DNA of 61,236 bases from an uncultured Verrucomicrobiota bacterium (GTDB taxonomy: Bacteria > Verrucomicrobiota > Verrucomicrobiia > Limisphaerales > UBA8199): positions 1 to 61,236 of the forward strand of contig CAIQQM010000191.1 in NCBI GenBank assembly GCA_903873945.1, in the 5' to 3' direction. A model generated the notes under the pieces. It did no database searches. It had not been told where the DNA came from and saw nothing but the letters and a program-made list of their open reading frames with translations. Positions 40,371-49,703 of the stretch are shown piece after piece (within the stretch, counting starts at the first letter, position 1; each line of letters opens with the position of its first letter). The translations under genes were made by a program, and so were the position numbers.

Positions 40371-41267
40371 TCAGGAGACGATCCAGTGCAGAATTGCTTT
40401 CTGCGCGTGAAGGCGATTCTCCGCTTCATCAAAAATCGTCTCGGCGTTCGCTTCAAATGTTGCCTCGTCAATTTCCTTCCCGCGATAGGCTGGCAGACAG
40501 TGCATGACGAGGGCGTTCGGCTTGGCAAGCCGAACCAGGCTGGCGTTAATTTGATATCCCTTCAACAGTTTGATGCGCTCGGCGGATTCGGCTTCTTTGC
40601 CCATTGAGACCCACACGTCGGTATAGAGCACGTCGGCGCCGGATGCGGCGGCGCTGATATCCTCGGTGCAAACGATTTTTCCACCCGCGCGCTTCAATAA
40701 AGCAGCCGAAGGCTGGAAGGCTTTAGGAGCGGCAATCCGCAATTCGAAATCCAGCTTCGCGGCGGCAAAAATCCAGGAGTTAACAACATTGCACGCGCCA
40801 TCGCCGATGAACGTCACCACTTTGCCCCGAATTGGGCCGCGTTTTTCCTGGAAGGTAAAGATGTCAGCCATGATTTGGCAGGGATGCTCCTCATCCGTCA
40901 GTGCGTTGATCGTGGGAATCCTGGCGTAACGGGAGAATTCTTCGACATCGCTTTGGGCGAAAGTGCGAAAGACCGCGCCGTGAACGAGCCGGCCCAGCAC
41001 GCGCGCGGTATCTTTGATCGGTTCGCCGCGCCCAAGTTGAATCTCACTCGCCGGTAGAAAAATCACCTGCCCGCCAAGTTCCCGAATACCAACGTCGAAC
41101 GACACCCGCGTCCGGGTGGAGGCCTTGGAAAACAGCATGGCCCATATCTGGCCGGCCAGTGGATGTTTCAAATGCCGGCCGCGTTCTTTCTTGATGGCAA
41201 CGGTGTCGGCCAAGAGTTTTTCCATGTCCGTTCGCGCCAGGTTCTCAATGCTCAACAGATGTTTCAT
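40371..41267 (-). CDS. argF: Ornithine carbamoyltransferase
   Basis: STRTRVSF, HPCQ, TDVWVSMG, HCLP, AENRLH. Confidence 0.96.
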   Translation of the reverse strand: MKHLLSIENLARTDMEKLLADTVAIKKERGRHLKHPLAGQIWAMLFSKASTRTRVSFDVGIRELGGQVIFLPASEIQLGRGEPIKDTARVLGRLVHGAVFRTFAQSDVEEFSRYARIPTINALTDEEHPCQIMADIFTFQEKRGPIRGKVVTFIGDGACNVVNSWIFAAAKLDFELRIAAPKAFQPSAALLKRAGGKIVCTEDISAAASGADVLYTDVWVSMGKEAESAERIKLLKGYQINASLVRLAKPNALVMHCLPAYRGKEIDEATFEANAETIFDEAENRLHAQKAILHWIVS

Positions 41268-41327
41268 AATTCAAATCAACCCCAGCATCATGCCGATCAG
41301 TCTTGCGTGACTGTGAGTTGCGCTTCC

Positions 41328-42617
41328 TTAAGCCGACAGTTTCACAAGTACCGATTCAATTATTTTCAGTCCCTCTTCAGCTTCGCTCTGCCTCAGGTTC
41401 AGTGGCGGCAGGAAACGCAGAATCTGCGCACCGGCCGGGATTGTCAGCAGCCCAGCCGCGTGCAACAGGCTCGCGAACCGCGCGGCCTGTGTCTTGTTGG
41501 CGCCACCGGGAAGGTTCGGAATACCCGGCTTCAGTTCGATTCCAAGCATTAACCCCAGCCCGCGCACATCGCGGATGATACCCGGATATTTCCGCGCGAG
41601 TTCCCGGGAGCCGGCCTTGAGATAATCCCCGACCTGGCGCGCATTGTTGGCCAGTTTCTCGCGCTGGATCACATCCAGAACCTCCAGGGCGACCGCGCAA
41701 CCGAGCGGCGAGCCGCCATAAGTCGTGCCGTGGGTGCCCGCGCTAAGCAAATCCGCATAAGGCGCCCGCACCCAAAACGCCCCTATGGGGAATCCACCCC
41801 CTAGCGATTTCGCCATCGAGATGCCATCGGGCAGGAAACTGGAAGCCTGCGGCATTCCTTCCAGGATGCGTTGAAAACTTTGGAAACAACCAGTTCGAAA
41901 GTGGCCATCCTGCACGGCATCCATGAGCAGGAGGAGCTTCTTGTCATTGCACAATTGGCGCAAGCCGAGCAGATACTCCGGAGTCGCGGCCGTCACCCCG
42001 CCTTCACCCTGAACGCCCTCGACCAAGATCGCTGCGGTGCCCGGAGAAATCGCCGCGCGCATGGCTTCAAGATCGTTGTATGGGACCTGCCGGAACCCGG
42101 GCACCATGGGCTCGAACCCCTTCTTCACCTTGTCCTGGCCGGTAGCGGCGATGCCCGCCAGCGTCCGCCCGTGGAACGAGTTGAAGGTTGTGAGTATCTC
42201 GAAGCGCCCTTCGTCGTGGCCGAACTTGCGGGCGAGTTTGAACAAGCCCTCATTCGCCTCGCCACCGCTATTGCAAAAAAAACATTTGCCCGGGCCGATT
42301 AGATGCGCCAGCGCTTCCGCCAGCCGTCCCTGGGGTTCGTGATAATAGTAGTTCGAAACGTGGATGAGTTTGCGCGATTGCTCAACGAGCGCCTCGGTGA
42401 TCGCCGGGTGGGCGTGGCCGAGTGAACTGACCGCAATCCCGCCGCCAAAATCCAGATAGCGCTTGGCCGCGATATCGTACAGATAGCTGCCCGCGCCATG
42501 CGTGAACACGATTTCGAAGCGGCCGTAGCTCGGTACTACATGCTGTTGAAATAACGCCTGCACGGCAGCCATGTCGTTCCGGACCACGGGCGGTGGCGAT
42601 GGGACAATTTCTTTCAT
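41328..42617 (-). CDS. argD: Acetylornithine aminotransferase
   Basis: FCNSGGEANE, SFHGRT, VQGEGG, AKSLGGGFPIG, HGTTYGG; within the arg operon. Confidence 0.92.
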   Translation of the reverse strand: MKEIVPSPPPVVRNDMAAVQALFQQHVVPSYGRFEIVFTHGAGSYLYDIAAKRYLDFGGGIAVSSLGHAHPAITEALVEQSRKLIHVSNYYYHEPQGRLAEALAHLIGPGKCFFCNSGGEANEGLFKLARKFGHDEGRFEILTTFNSFHGRTLAGIAATGQDKVKKGFEPMVPGFRQVPYNDLEAMRAAISPGTAAILVEGVQGEGGVTAATPEYLLGLRQLCNDKKLLLLMDAVQDGHFRTGCFQSFQRILEGMPQASSFLPDGISMAKSLGGGFPIGAFWVRAPYADLLSAGTHGTTYGGSPLGCAVALEVLDVIQREKLANNARQVGDYLKAGSRELARKYPGIIRDVRGLGLMLGIELKPGIPNLPGGANKTQAARFASLLHAAGLLTIPAGAQILRFLPPLNLRQSEAEEGLKIIESVLVKLSA

Positions 42618-42691
42618 CGTTTTTCTCTCAAACGAAACCGCGGAGACATTAACGGGAAACTTGCGGGAGGAAAGCGGAATTTATGTTCGTC

Positions 42692-43567
42692 CTACAAGAC
42701 CACTTCCGTGCCTATGCCGGCATCGGTGAAGATTTCCAGGAGCAAGGAGTGGAGGACGCGGCCATCTACAAAAGAGACTTTTCCCACGCCGGCTTCGATT
42801 GCAGCGACGGCGCTGTCGGCTTTGGGAATCATGCCTTTGTCGATCACCCCGGTTCGTTTCAACCCGTCCACTTCGCTGGATTGGAGATGCGCAATGAGGG
42901 ACGCGGGATCTTTGGGGTTGCGCAACAAGCCGGGCACGTCGCTCATAAAGACGAGCCGTTGCGCCTTCAGCGCAATGGCTGTCTGGGCCGCGGCCACATC
43001 CGCATTGCAGTTGTAAATCCGGCCGTCCTCGCCGCGCGCAGTCGGGCTGATGACCGGCGTGATGCCCTTTTCAATACAGTCCAGCAGCGGCGCAGTGTTC
43101 ACTCCGGTAACTTCGCCGACATATCCCACGTCCGCTGGTTGGCCATTGGCTCCCCGCAAGTGAATTTTCCGGCACGTGAAGATATCCGGGCCGGCGAACC
43201 CACGGGCAATGCCCCCGAAGGAACTGATTGTGGCCACGATCTCGGGATTGATTTGGCGTGACAGCACTTCGTCAACGATCTTGACCATCGCCTCATCCGT
43301 GACGCGCTGGCCCTGGATGAAGTCGGCTTTGAGCCCGGCCTTTTCCATCGCGCGGGTGATGGCTTTGCCGCCGCCGTGGACAACGACGGGATTGATTTCA
43401 ACGGCCTCGAGAAAGACGATGTCGCGCGCAACTCCGTTACGGATCGTAGCGTCGGGCGAATCTATGAACGAGCCGCCATATTTGACAACGAAGGTTGCGC
43501 CGCTGAATTTCTGAAGATAGGGCAGTGCTTCCAGCAATGTCTCCGCTTTGGCAATCAAATCTTGCAC
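42692..43567 (-). CDS. argB: Acetylglutamate kinase
   Basis: VVKYGG, VVHGGG, NCNAD, GMIPK. Confidence 0.96.
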   Translation of the reverse strand: MQDLIAKAETLLEALPYLQKFSGATFVVKYGGSFIDSPDATIRNGVARDIVFLEAVEINPVVVHGGGKAITRAMEKAGLKADFIQGQRVTDEAMVKIVDEVLSRQINPEIVATISSFGGIARGFAGPDIFTCRKIHLRGANGQPADVGYVGEVTGVNTAPLLDCIEKGITPVISPTARGEDGRIYNCNADVAAAQTAIALKAQRLVFMSDVPGLLRNPKDPASLIAHLQSSEVDGLKRTGVIDKGMIPKADSAVAAIEAGVGKVSFVDGRVLHSLLLEIFTDAGIGTEVVL

Positions 43568-43658
43568 GTCACCTTTTTAACAGTTGTGCCGTCGCATGAA
43601 AAGACGCTTTCACGTTCATGGGCATGCATGAAACTCAAGCGCAAGCCGACTTGAAGCC

Positions 43659-44999
43659 TCAGCCTCCGAGCGAGGAAGGATCACTTACGTCGCCTTTGTT
43701 GAATTCCACGTATTCCTCGGTCAGGTCGGCCGCATACATCAGCGCGGATGCCTGGCCGATGTTCAACCGGATGTGAAGGTCAAATTCTCTCGAAGAGACC
43801 GCGACGCAGAGGTCCTTGAACTTTGTCCTTGTTGGCTGTCCCCGTTTGAGACTCCATAAAATCTTCCTGCTGCCGGGGGTGCTGTAGCCGATATCGACCC
43901 TTTCTTCAACAATTGTCGCCGGGCTATAACCGAGAGCGTCGATAATGCGGCCCCAATTGGGATCGCCTCCGTGCCAGCTCGTTTTTACGAGCGGGCTGTT
44001 GGCCACCGCCCGCGCCGCGGCATCCGCGTCCGCAAAGGATTTCGCGCCATTGACCCGCACAGTTACAAAGCGCGACACGCCTTCGCCATCCCGCACGATC
44101 ATCTTTGCCAGTTCGAGGCAGACGTGCTGAAGCGCGAGCCGGAACACAGCAAAGTCCCGGGACTTGCGGGTGATGATCGGCGGCTTGGACTTTTGAGCGA
44201 ATGCCCGACCGTTGGCCAGCACCAGCACCGTATCGTTTGTACTCATGTCGCCGTCCACGGTGATGCGATTAAAGCTAAGCGCGACAGCTTCTCGCAAGGC
44301 TTCCTGAAGGGCTTTGGCTTCAATAGCGGCATCAGTGGTGATGAAACAGAGCATTGTGGCATGAAGCGGCGCCGCCGCCGGTCGCTTGCCTGTAGCGCTC
44401 ATGCCCGGCTGAATCATGCCTGCGCCTTTACACATGCCGCCGATCCGCACGCGCTTGCCGCCGATCCGAAATTCCACGGCAGACTCCTTGGGGCGGGTAT
44501 CACTGGTCATGATGGCTTCGGCCGCCTGCGCGCTATGGGCAACCGTGGACCCAAGCATGACCGCGGCTTCGATAATTCCGGCGCGGACGTTGTCCATCGG
44601 CAACATGACCCCGATGCGGCCCGTGGAGCCAACCAGCGCCGATCCGACCGGCAGGTTGAGCGCCTGTTCGGTAAAGCGGGTCATTTCCAACGCATCAGCC
44701 AAACCCTGCTTTCCGGTACACGCATTTGCATTGCCGGAGTTGACGACGATGGCCTGGGCCCGGCCTTTTTTAGCGCGCGCAGCGCACACTTTCACTGGCG
44801 CGGCGCAGACCTGGTTGGTTGTAAACATGCCGGCCATGGTGGCAGGCGAATCGGAGACAATGAGCGCAAGGTCGCGCTTGCGTCCCCTATCCGATCCTTT
44901 GCCCGTGCCGAGCCGTTTGATATTGCAAAAAACGCCTGAGGCTTTGAATCCTTGAGGCGCAACCACCGAGCCCGGAATCGCTTTCAATTTTGATTTCAT
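43659..44999 (-). CDS. argJ: Glutamate N-acetyltransferase ArgJ
   Basis: NSGNANACTG, STGRIG, KGAGMI..ATML, DGDMSTND, DGEG, DPNWGR. Confidence 0.96.
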   Translation of the reverse strand: MKSKLKAIPGSVVAPQGFKASGVFCNIKRLGTGKGSDRGRKRDLALIVSDSPATMAGMFTTNQVCAAPVKVCAARAKKGRAQAIVVNSGNANACTGKQGLADALEMTRFTEQALNLPVGSALVGSTGRIGVMLPMDNVRAGIIEAAVMLGSTVAHSAQAAEAIMTSDTRPKESAVEFRIGGKRVRIGGMCKGAGMIQPGMSATGKRPAAAPLHATMLCFITTDAAIEAKALQEALREAVALSFNRITVDGDMSTNDTVLVLANGRAFAQKSKPPIITRKSRDFAVFRLALQHVCLELAKMIVRDGEGVSRFVTVRVNGAKSFADADAAARAVANSPLVKTSWHGGDPNWGRIIDALGYSPATIVEERVDIGYSTPGSRKILWSLKRGQPTRTKFKDLCVAVSSREFDLHIRLNIGQASALMYAADLTEEYVEFNKGDVSDPSSLGG

Positions 45000-45060
45000 T
45001 CCATTTGATTGCGGATTTATACAAACCTGATGCAGTGCGCTTCCTCCGCCCGGCGATGCC

Positions 45061-46110
45061 TTACACCAACCCTGAGGTCTCCGGAAAGCCGCACATGATG
45101 TTCATGCTTTGCACCGCCTGGCCGCTGGCCCCTTTAACAAGGTTATCCTCCGCGCTCATCACGATCAACCGACCCGTCCGAGAATCAAGACGCCAGGCGA
45201 TTTCAATCACATTGGTGCCAACGACGTTCTTTGTATCCGGCAGCGCCTTGCCATCGAGGAGGCGCACGAAAGCTTCCGTGCCGTATGCGGCCTGATAGCA
45301 GGCGTTCAAACGCTCGAGGGTTGAAGCTGGCGAGCCGGAAGTGGCCGGTTCGAGATACAACGTCGTGAGAATTCCGCGATTGACGGGGATCAGGTGCGGC
45401 GTGAATTGCAGCGTCACCGGCGTCCCGGCGGCAAGAGCGAGTTCCTGCTCAATCTCCGAAAGATGCCGGTGCTTCGGCACGCCATACGGCCTTGCACTTT
45501 CGTTACATTCCACGAAAAGATAATCCAGCTCAGCCTTACGGCCGGCGCCGCTGACGCCGCTAAGCGAGTCTGCGATCATGCCGGCGGATCTTACCAGGCC
45601 CGCCCTCAATAGCGGCACGGTGGGCAGCAGAATACTCGTCGGGTAACAGCCCGGTGACGCAATGAGCGAGGCTTTCCTAATTTCAGCGCGGTAGATTTCT
45701 GGCAGACCGTAAACCGCATCCTTCAGCAGTTCCGGCGCGGGATGCTCGTGCGCGTAAAATTCCTTGTACACCACGGCGCTCCGGACCCGGAAGTCCGCGC
45801 TGAGGTCAATGACGCGACAGCCCTGCTTGAGCAGCGGCACGGCGAACTCCGCCGCCACACCGTGCGGCAATGCCAGGAAAACGACCTCGGCCTCTTTGGC
45901 GAGCAACTCGGCCTTTGGCTCGCTGAAGCGAAGCGTCTTGGCGCGCGGGTGATGGGCGAATTTCGGAAAGACCTGGGCGAGGGTCTGCCCCGCGTATTGG
46001 CGCGAGGTGACTGCCGCCAGCTCTGTATACGAATGCGAGAGCAGCAATCGAACGAGTTCTTCGCCCGAGTAACCGCTGGCACCAACGATCGCAACTTTTT
46101 TCATAGTCAT
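45061..46110 (-). CDS. argC: N-acetyl-gamma-glutamyl-phosphate reductase
   Basis: GASGYSG, LALPHG, DLSADFR, PGCYPT, SGVSGAGR, DNLVKGASGQAVQ. Confidence 0.97.
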   Translation of the reverse strand: MTMKKVAIVGASGYSGEELVRLLLSHSYTELAAVTSRQYAGQTLAQVFPKFAHHPRAKTLRFSEPKAELLAKEAEVVFLALPHGVAAEFAVPLLKQGCRVIDLSADFRVRSAVVYKEFYAHEHPAPELLKDAVYGLPEIYRAEIRKASLIASPGCYPTSILLPTVPLLRAGLVRSAGMIADSLSGVSGAGRKAELDYLFVECNESARPYGVPKHRHLSEIEQELALAAGTPVTLQFTPHLIPVNRGILTTLYLEPATSGSPASTLERLNACYQAAYGTEAFVRLLDGKALPDTKNVVGTNVIEIAWRLDSRTGRLIVMSAEDNLVKGASGQAVQSMNIMCGFPETSGLV

Positions 46111-46198
46111 TCGTCCTTAATCTCTGGTCCATCATCGGTCGTCGCACCGGAACCGTATTGGCTGCCGACTGCAAATGGCCGGACACGGATACCAAAAC

Positions 46199-46230
46199 AA
46201 AAACCCCGCCGGATTTAACCAGCGGGGCTT
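46199..46230 (-). terminator. Rho-independent terminator after rpsI
   Basis: Minus strand CCCCGCTGG-ttaaat-CCGGCGGGG followed by a T tract. Confidence 0.75.
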
Positions 46231-46247
46231 GAAAATTTCCAGCACGA

Positions 46248-46658
46248 TTAACGCTTGCTGTATTGGAAACGTTTGCGTGCGCCCGGCTGGCCGTATTTCT
46301 CGCGCTCTCTCATTCGCGAATCGCGGGTGAGCAAGCCCTCGGACTTCAGCAAAGGCCGAAAATTCGCGTCCAGCGTGAGCAGCGCCCGCGCCAAGCCATG
46401 ACGCACCGCGCCAGCCTGGCCATTGGGACCGCCGCCGGTCACCGTCACTTGCACATCGTATTTACCCGTCGTGCCCGTCACGGTCAGCGGTTGCGTCGCC
46501 GCTGCCCGCAGCGTTTCAACCGGGAAATAGTTCTCAAATGGCCGACCGTTAATGACAATTTTACCTGAGCCGGAGGCCAAGCGCACTCGCGCGACAGCGG
46601 TCTTGCGGCGGCCGGTTCCGATGTATTGCGGGGATTTCGGTTCTTTGACTTTAGTCAT
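46248..46658 (-). CDS. rpsI: 30S ribosomal protein S9
   Basis: [32 protein letters not shown]. Confidence 0.98.
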   Translation of the reverse strand: MTKVKEPKSPQYIGTGRRKTAVARVRLASGSGKIVINGRPFENYFPVETLRAAATQPLTVTGTTGKYDVQVTVTGGGPNGQAGAVRHGLARALLTLDANFRPLLKSEGLLTRDSRMREREKYGQPGARKRFQYSKR

Positions 46659-46691
46659 ACTTGGAAAATTGATGGTTGAAAGACGGAGCCC

Positions 46692-47126
46692 CTACTTCGC
46701 GACCCCCAGCGTTTCAGGTTGTTGTGCGGCGTGGGGATGCTGGTTGCCCTTGTAAACTTTCAGCTTGGTCATCAGCACCCGGCCAAGGCGGTTCTTGGGG
46801 ACCATGCCCCGCACCGCATGGGTTATAAGCTTCTCGGGTGTCTTGGCGCGAACCTGCGCGACCGTTCGGTACTTCTCGCCGCCTTTCCAGCCGGAATAGC
46901 TCATGAACTCCTTGTCGGTCTCCTTCTTGCCAGTGAGCACGACCTTTTCGGCGTTGATGACCACCACAAAATCGCCCGCATCCATGTGCGGCGTGTAAAC
47001 CGGCTTATTCCGCCCCCGCAAAATGTTTGCGATTTGCACCGCCAGACGGCCCAGCACGGCGCCATTGGCGTCAACCACATGCCACTTACGTTGGTCTAAA
47101 TTCACTTTCGGCAAATGCGTTTTCAT
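46692..47126 (-). CDS. rplM: 50S ribosomal protein L13
   Basis: WHVVDA, LGRLA, YTPHMDAGDFVVVINAEK, HPHAAQQP. Confidence 0.98.
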   Translation of the reverse strand: MKTHLPKVNLDQRKWHVVDANGAVLGRLAVQIANILRGRNKPVYTPHMDAGDFVVVINAEKVVLTGKKETDKEFMSYSGWKGGEKYRTVAQVRAKTPEKLITHAVRGMVPKNRLGRVLMTKLKVYKGNQHPHAAQQPETLGVAK

Positions 47127-47260
47127 CTCAAATCCTGATCAAAAGAGGGTTGAAACTACCAAACAAACCGCCCAAGTCAACTGGCTTTTGGACATTTCGC
47201 CTGTTTTAAGCCAAAATAAATTGTTTTCTGCGGGGACAACCGGTTAAATCTGCCTCCATC

Positions 47261-47794
47261 GTGGGAATGAGACCAGCGAATTCCATCCTCCGGAGCCCAA
47301 GCCGCCGCATCGCCGCCATCGCTCTGCTCGTGATTGCGCTCGACCAGGTGACGAAACAAATCGTCCTCCGCTTCCTAGGCTATTCGGAAGAAAAAGTCGT
47401 GCTCGCGGGCTTCTTCAAATTCGTCCATTGGGGCAATACCGGCGCCGCCTGGAGCCTTTTCCGCGGCAACAACATGCCGCTCGCGGTCATTGCCCTGATC
47501 GCTCTCGTTGTCCTGTTTTTCAGCCGTCACCATTTTGACTCGCACACTTTGCTCGGTCAGGTCGCCTTTGGCCTCATCTTCGGCGGCATTGTGGGCAACC
47601 TCATCGACCGCCTGCGAGTCGGGCATGTCATTGATTTTATTTATTTCTACCTCCAGCAACGCGGCGGCGGCGAAGTTGGTTTCCCGGCTTTTAATATTGC
47701 TGACAGCGCCATCTGCATCGGCGTCGGTTTGGTCTTCCTCATAACCTGGAAAAGTGAGCGCGCACCCGAGACCCCCGTAGCGGGCGAGCCGTAG
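47261..47794 (+). CDS. lspA: Signal peptidase II
   Basis: DQVTK, NTGAAW, GNLIDR, VIDF, FNIAD. Confidence 0.96.
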   Translation: MGMRPANSILRSPSRRIAAIALLVIALDQVTKQIVLRFLGYSEEKVVLAGFFKFVHWGNTGAAWSLFRGNNMPLAVIALIALVVLFFSRHHFDSHTLLGQVAFGLIFGGIVGNLIDRLRVGHVIDFIYFYLQQRGGGEVGFPAFNIADSAICIGVGLVFLITWKSERAPETPVAGEP

Positions 47795-48735
47795 TGATGT
47801 CCCTTCGCACCGAAGTCCTGACTATCGAAAAATCCCTCCCCTCCGGGCGGCTCGACACCTGGCTGCGCGGTAAATTCCCGGCTGTCTCCCGTGGAACCTT
47901 TCAAAGGCTCATTGAAGACGGCCACGTTCAAGTCAATGGATGCGCCGTCAAACCAACCCACACTCCCCGTGCCGGCGAACAAGTCGAGGTACGCTGGCCC
48001 GAGCCGCGTCCGGCGGTGGCCCAGCCGGAGGACATGCCGCTCGACATTTTATATGAGGATGACGCCCTACTCGTCCTGAACAAGCCTGCCGGACTCGTCG
48101 TTCATCCTGCCGGCGGTCACGAGGAACACACGCTCGTCAACGCGCTCCTGCACCATTGCGCCGGGAACCTGAGCGGCATCGGCGGCGTCGCCCGCCCGGG
48201 CATCGTGCACCGGCTCGACAAAGAAACCAGCGGCTGCCTTGTTGTCGCCAAGAACGATGACACCCACCTGGCTCTTTCCACCCAGTTCGCCAGCCGCAAG
48301 GTGAGCAAGATTTACAATGCCATCGTCTGCGGTGAACCCCAGCGGGACCACGGCGAAATTCATGCCGCCATCGCCCGCCATGCCTCCCATCGCAAACGCA
48401 TGGCGGTGGATGATGAGCGCGGGCGCGAGGCGAGGACGACCTATCGTGTCCTTGAACGGCTGCGCGGCTCCACACTCGTCGAAGCCGTCCTTCACACCGG
48501 ACGCACTCACCAGATCCGTGTCCATTTCCAGTTCCTGGGCTATCCGCTCGTGGGCGATACCACCTATGGGAACCGGCAAAACCAGCACTTGTCCGACCTG
48601 ACCCATTACACCGCCCCGCGCCAGATGCTGCACGCCTGTCAGTTGTCTTTCATCCATCCGCGAACCGGCCAACTCATGACCTTCAAAGCGCCGCATCCGG
48701 CGGATTTTCTGGAGGCCCTCTCAGCCTTGCGCTAA
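47794..48735 (+). CDS. rluD: RluD-like pseudouridine synthase with S4 domain
   Basis: RLDTWL S4 domain, RPGIVHRLDKETSG, TGRTHQIRVH; follows lspA. Confidence 0.88.
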   Translation: MMSLRTEVLTIEKSLPSGRLDTWLRGKFPAVSRGTFQRLIEDGHVQVNGCAVKPTHTPRAGEQVEVRWPEPRPAVAQPEDMPLDILYEDDALLVLNKPAGLVVHPAGGHEEHTLVNALLHHCAGNLSGIGGVARPGIVHRLDKETSGCLVVAKNDDTHLALSTQFASRKVSKIYNAIVCGEPQRDHGEIHAAIARHASHRKRMAVDDERGREARTTYRVLERLRGSTLVEAVLHTGRTHQIRVHFQFLGYPLVGDTTYGNRQNQHLSDLTHYTAPRQMLHACQLSFIHPRTGQLMTFKAPHPADFLEALSALR

Positions 48736-48748
48736 ATGAGCGAGCTTT

Positions 48749-49567
48749 TTGCCGCTATCAATTGATGCGATTGTGGAAAAGCTGTTTGAGATCGTTTACG
48801 AAGACGACGAGTTGCTGGTAATCAACAAGCCAGCCGGCCTGGTTTGTCATCCGACCAAGACGGATGGGTATTCCAGTTTGATCAGCCGGGCGCGGCTTTA
48901 CCTGGGCGCGGGCTCGCACCCGCAGTTGGTGAACCGGCTGGACCGCGAAACCAGCGGGGTGACACTTGTAGCCAAACGTGAGGATGCGGCGCGCGAACTG
49001 CGCCGGATCTGGGAAAACCGGCTGGTGGAAAAGGAATATGTGGCCGTAACGCATGGGCATGTGCGCGAGAGCCACGGCGTCATCGATGCGCCGCTGGGCA
49101 AGGACGAGCAGAGCCGGGTGGCGATCAAGGATTGTGTGCGGGCGGATGGCGCTTCGGCGCGGACCGAGTATTGGGTGATGGAAAGAATGAGCATCGAGGC
49201 CGGAAGCCGGTGGCCTGAAGCCGGGAATCAAGCCACAGCGGAGCAGCAATTGCCAATTGCCGGGCGCCGGTTGCCAACCACCATCCTCCGCGTGCAACCT
49301 CACACGGGACGGAAGCACCAGATCCGGATCCACCTGGCGCACATCGGCCATCCGATCGTCGGCGACAAAATTTACGGTGGCGATGAGACTTTGTACCTGG
49401 CGTTCGTGGAGAGCCGTCTGACAGCGGAACAACAACAATGCCTGATTCTCCCGAATCACGCTTTGCATGCCCGCGAGGTGCGGTTCCCGTGGCGCGGCGG
49501 GAGAACGGTTTTTCGCGCCGAACCCGGGGCGGGTTTTCCATGCCTTTGTCCGCAATCCGCAGCTTAG
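48749..49567 (+). CDS. RluA-family pseudouridine synthase
   Basis: INKPAG, NRLDRETSG, TGRKHQIRIH, IVGDKIYG; about 28-aa loop insertion. Confidence 0.88.
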   Translation: MPLSIDAIVEKLFEIVYEDDELLVINKPAGLVCHPTKTDGYSSLISRARLYLGAGSHPQLVNRLDRETSGVTLVAKREDAARELRRIWENRLVEKEYVAVTHGHVRESHGVIDAPLGKDEQSRVAIKDCVRADGASARTEYWVMERMSIEAGSRWPEAGNQATAEQQLPIAGRRLPTTILRVQPHTGRKHQIRIHLAHIGHPIVGDKIYGGDETLYLAFVESRLTAEQQQCLILPNHALHAREVRFPWRGGRTVFRAEPGAGFPCLCPQSAA

Positions 49568-49640
49568 CAGTCATAACCACTTAGCTTCGGCTTAGAACTG
49601 AGTGAACGGCAGACAAGAAGCAGCGGAGCGAACGGGCGCG

Positions 49641-49680
49641 GTACACCCGGGTACACTTTTGTACACCGGGGTACACCGAA
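49641..49680. repeat. 4 x GTACAC at exact 10-bp period
   Basis: gtacacccgg gtacactttt gtacaccggg gtacaccgaa. Confidence 0.9.
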
Positions 49681-49703
49681 ATTAAAATTTTGGGGGTTTG
49701 ACA

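Noticed and set aside
40371-47126. argCJBDF directly downstream of rplM-rpsI as a novel operon
   Set aside because: A terminator separates them and the content is ordinary housekeeping
49641-49680. CRISPR array
   Set aside because: 6-bp units with 4-bp spacers are far too short; no cas genes
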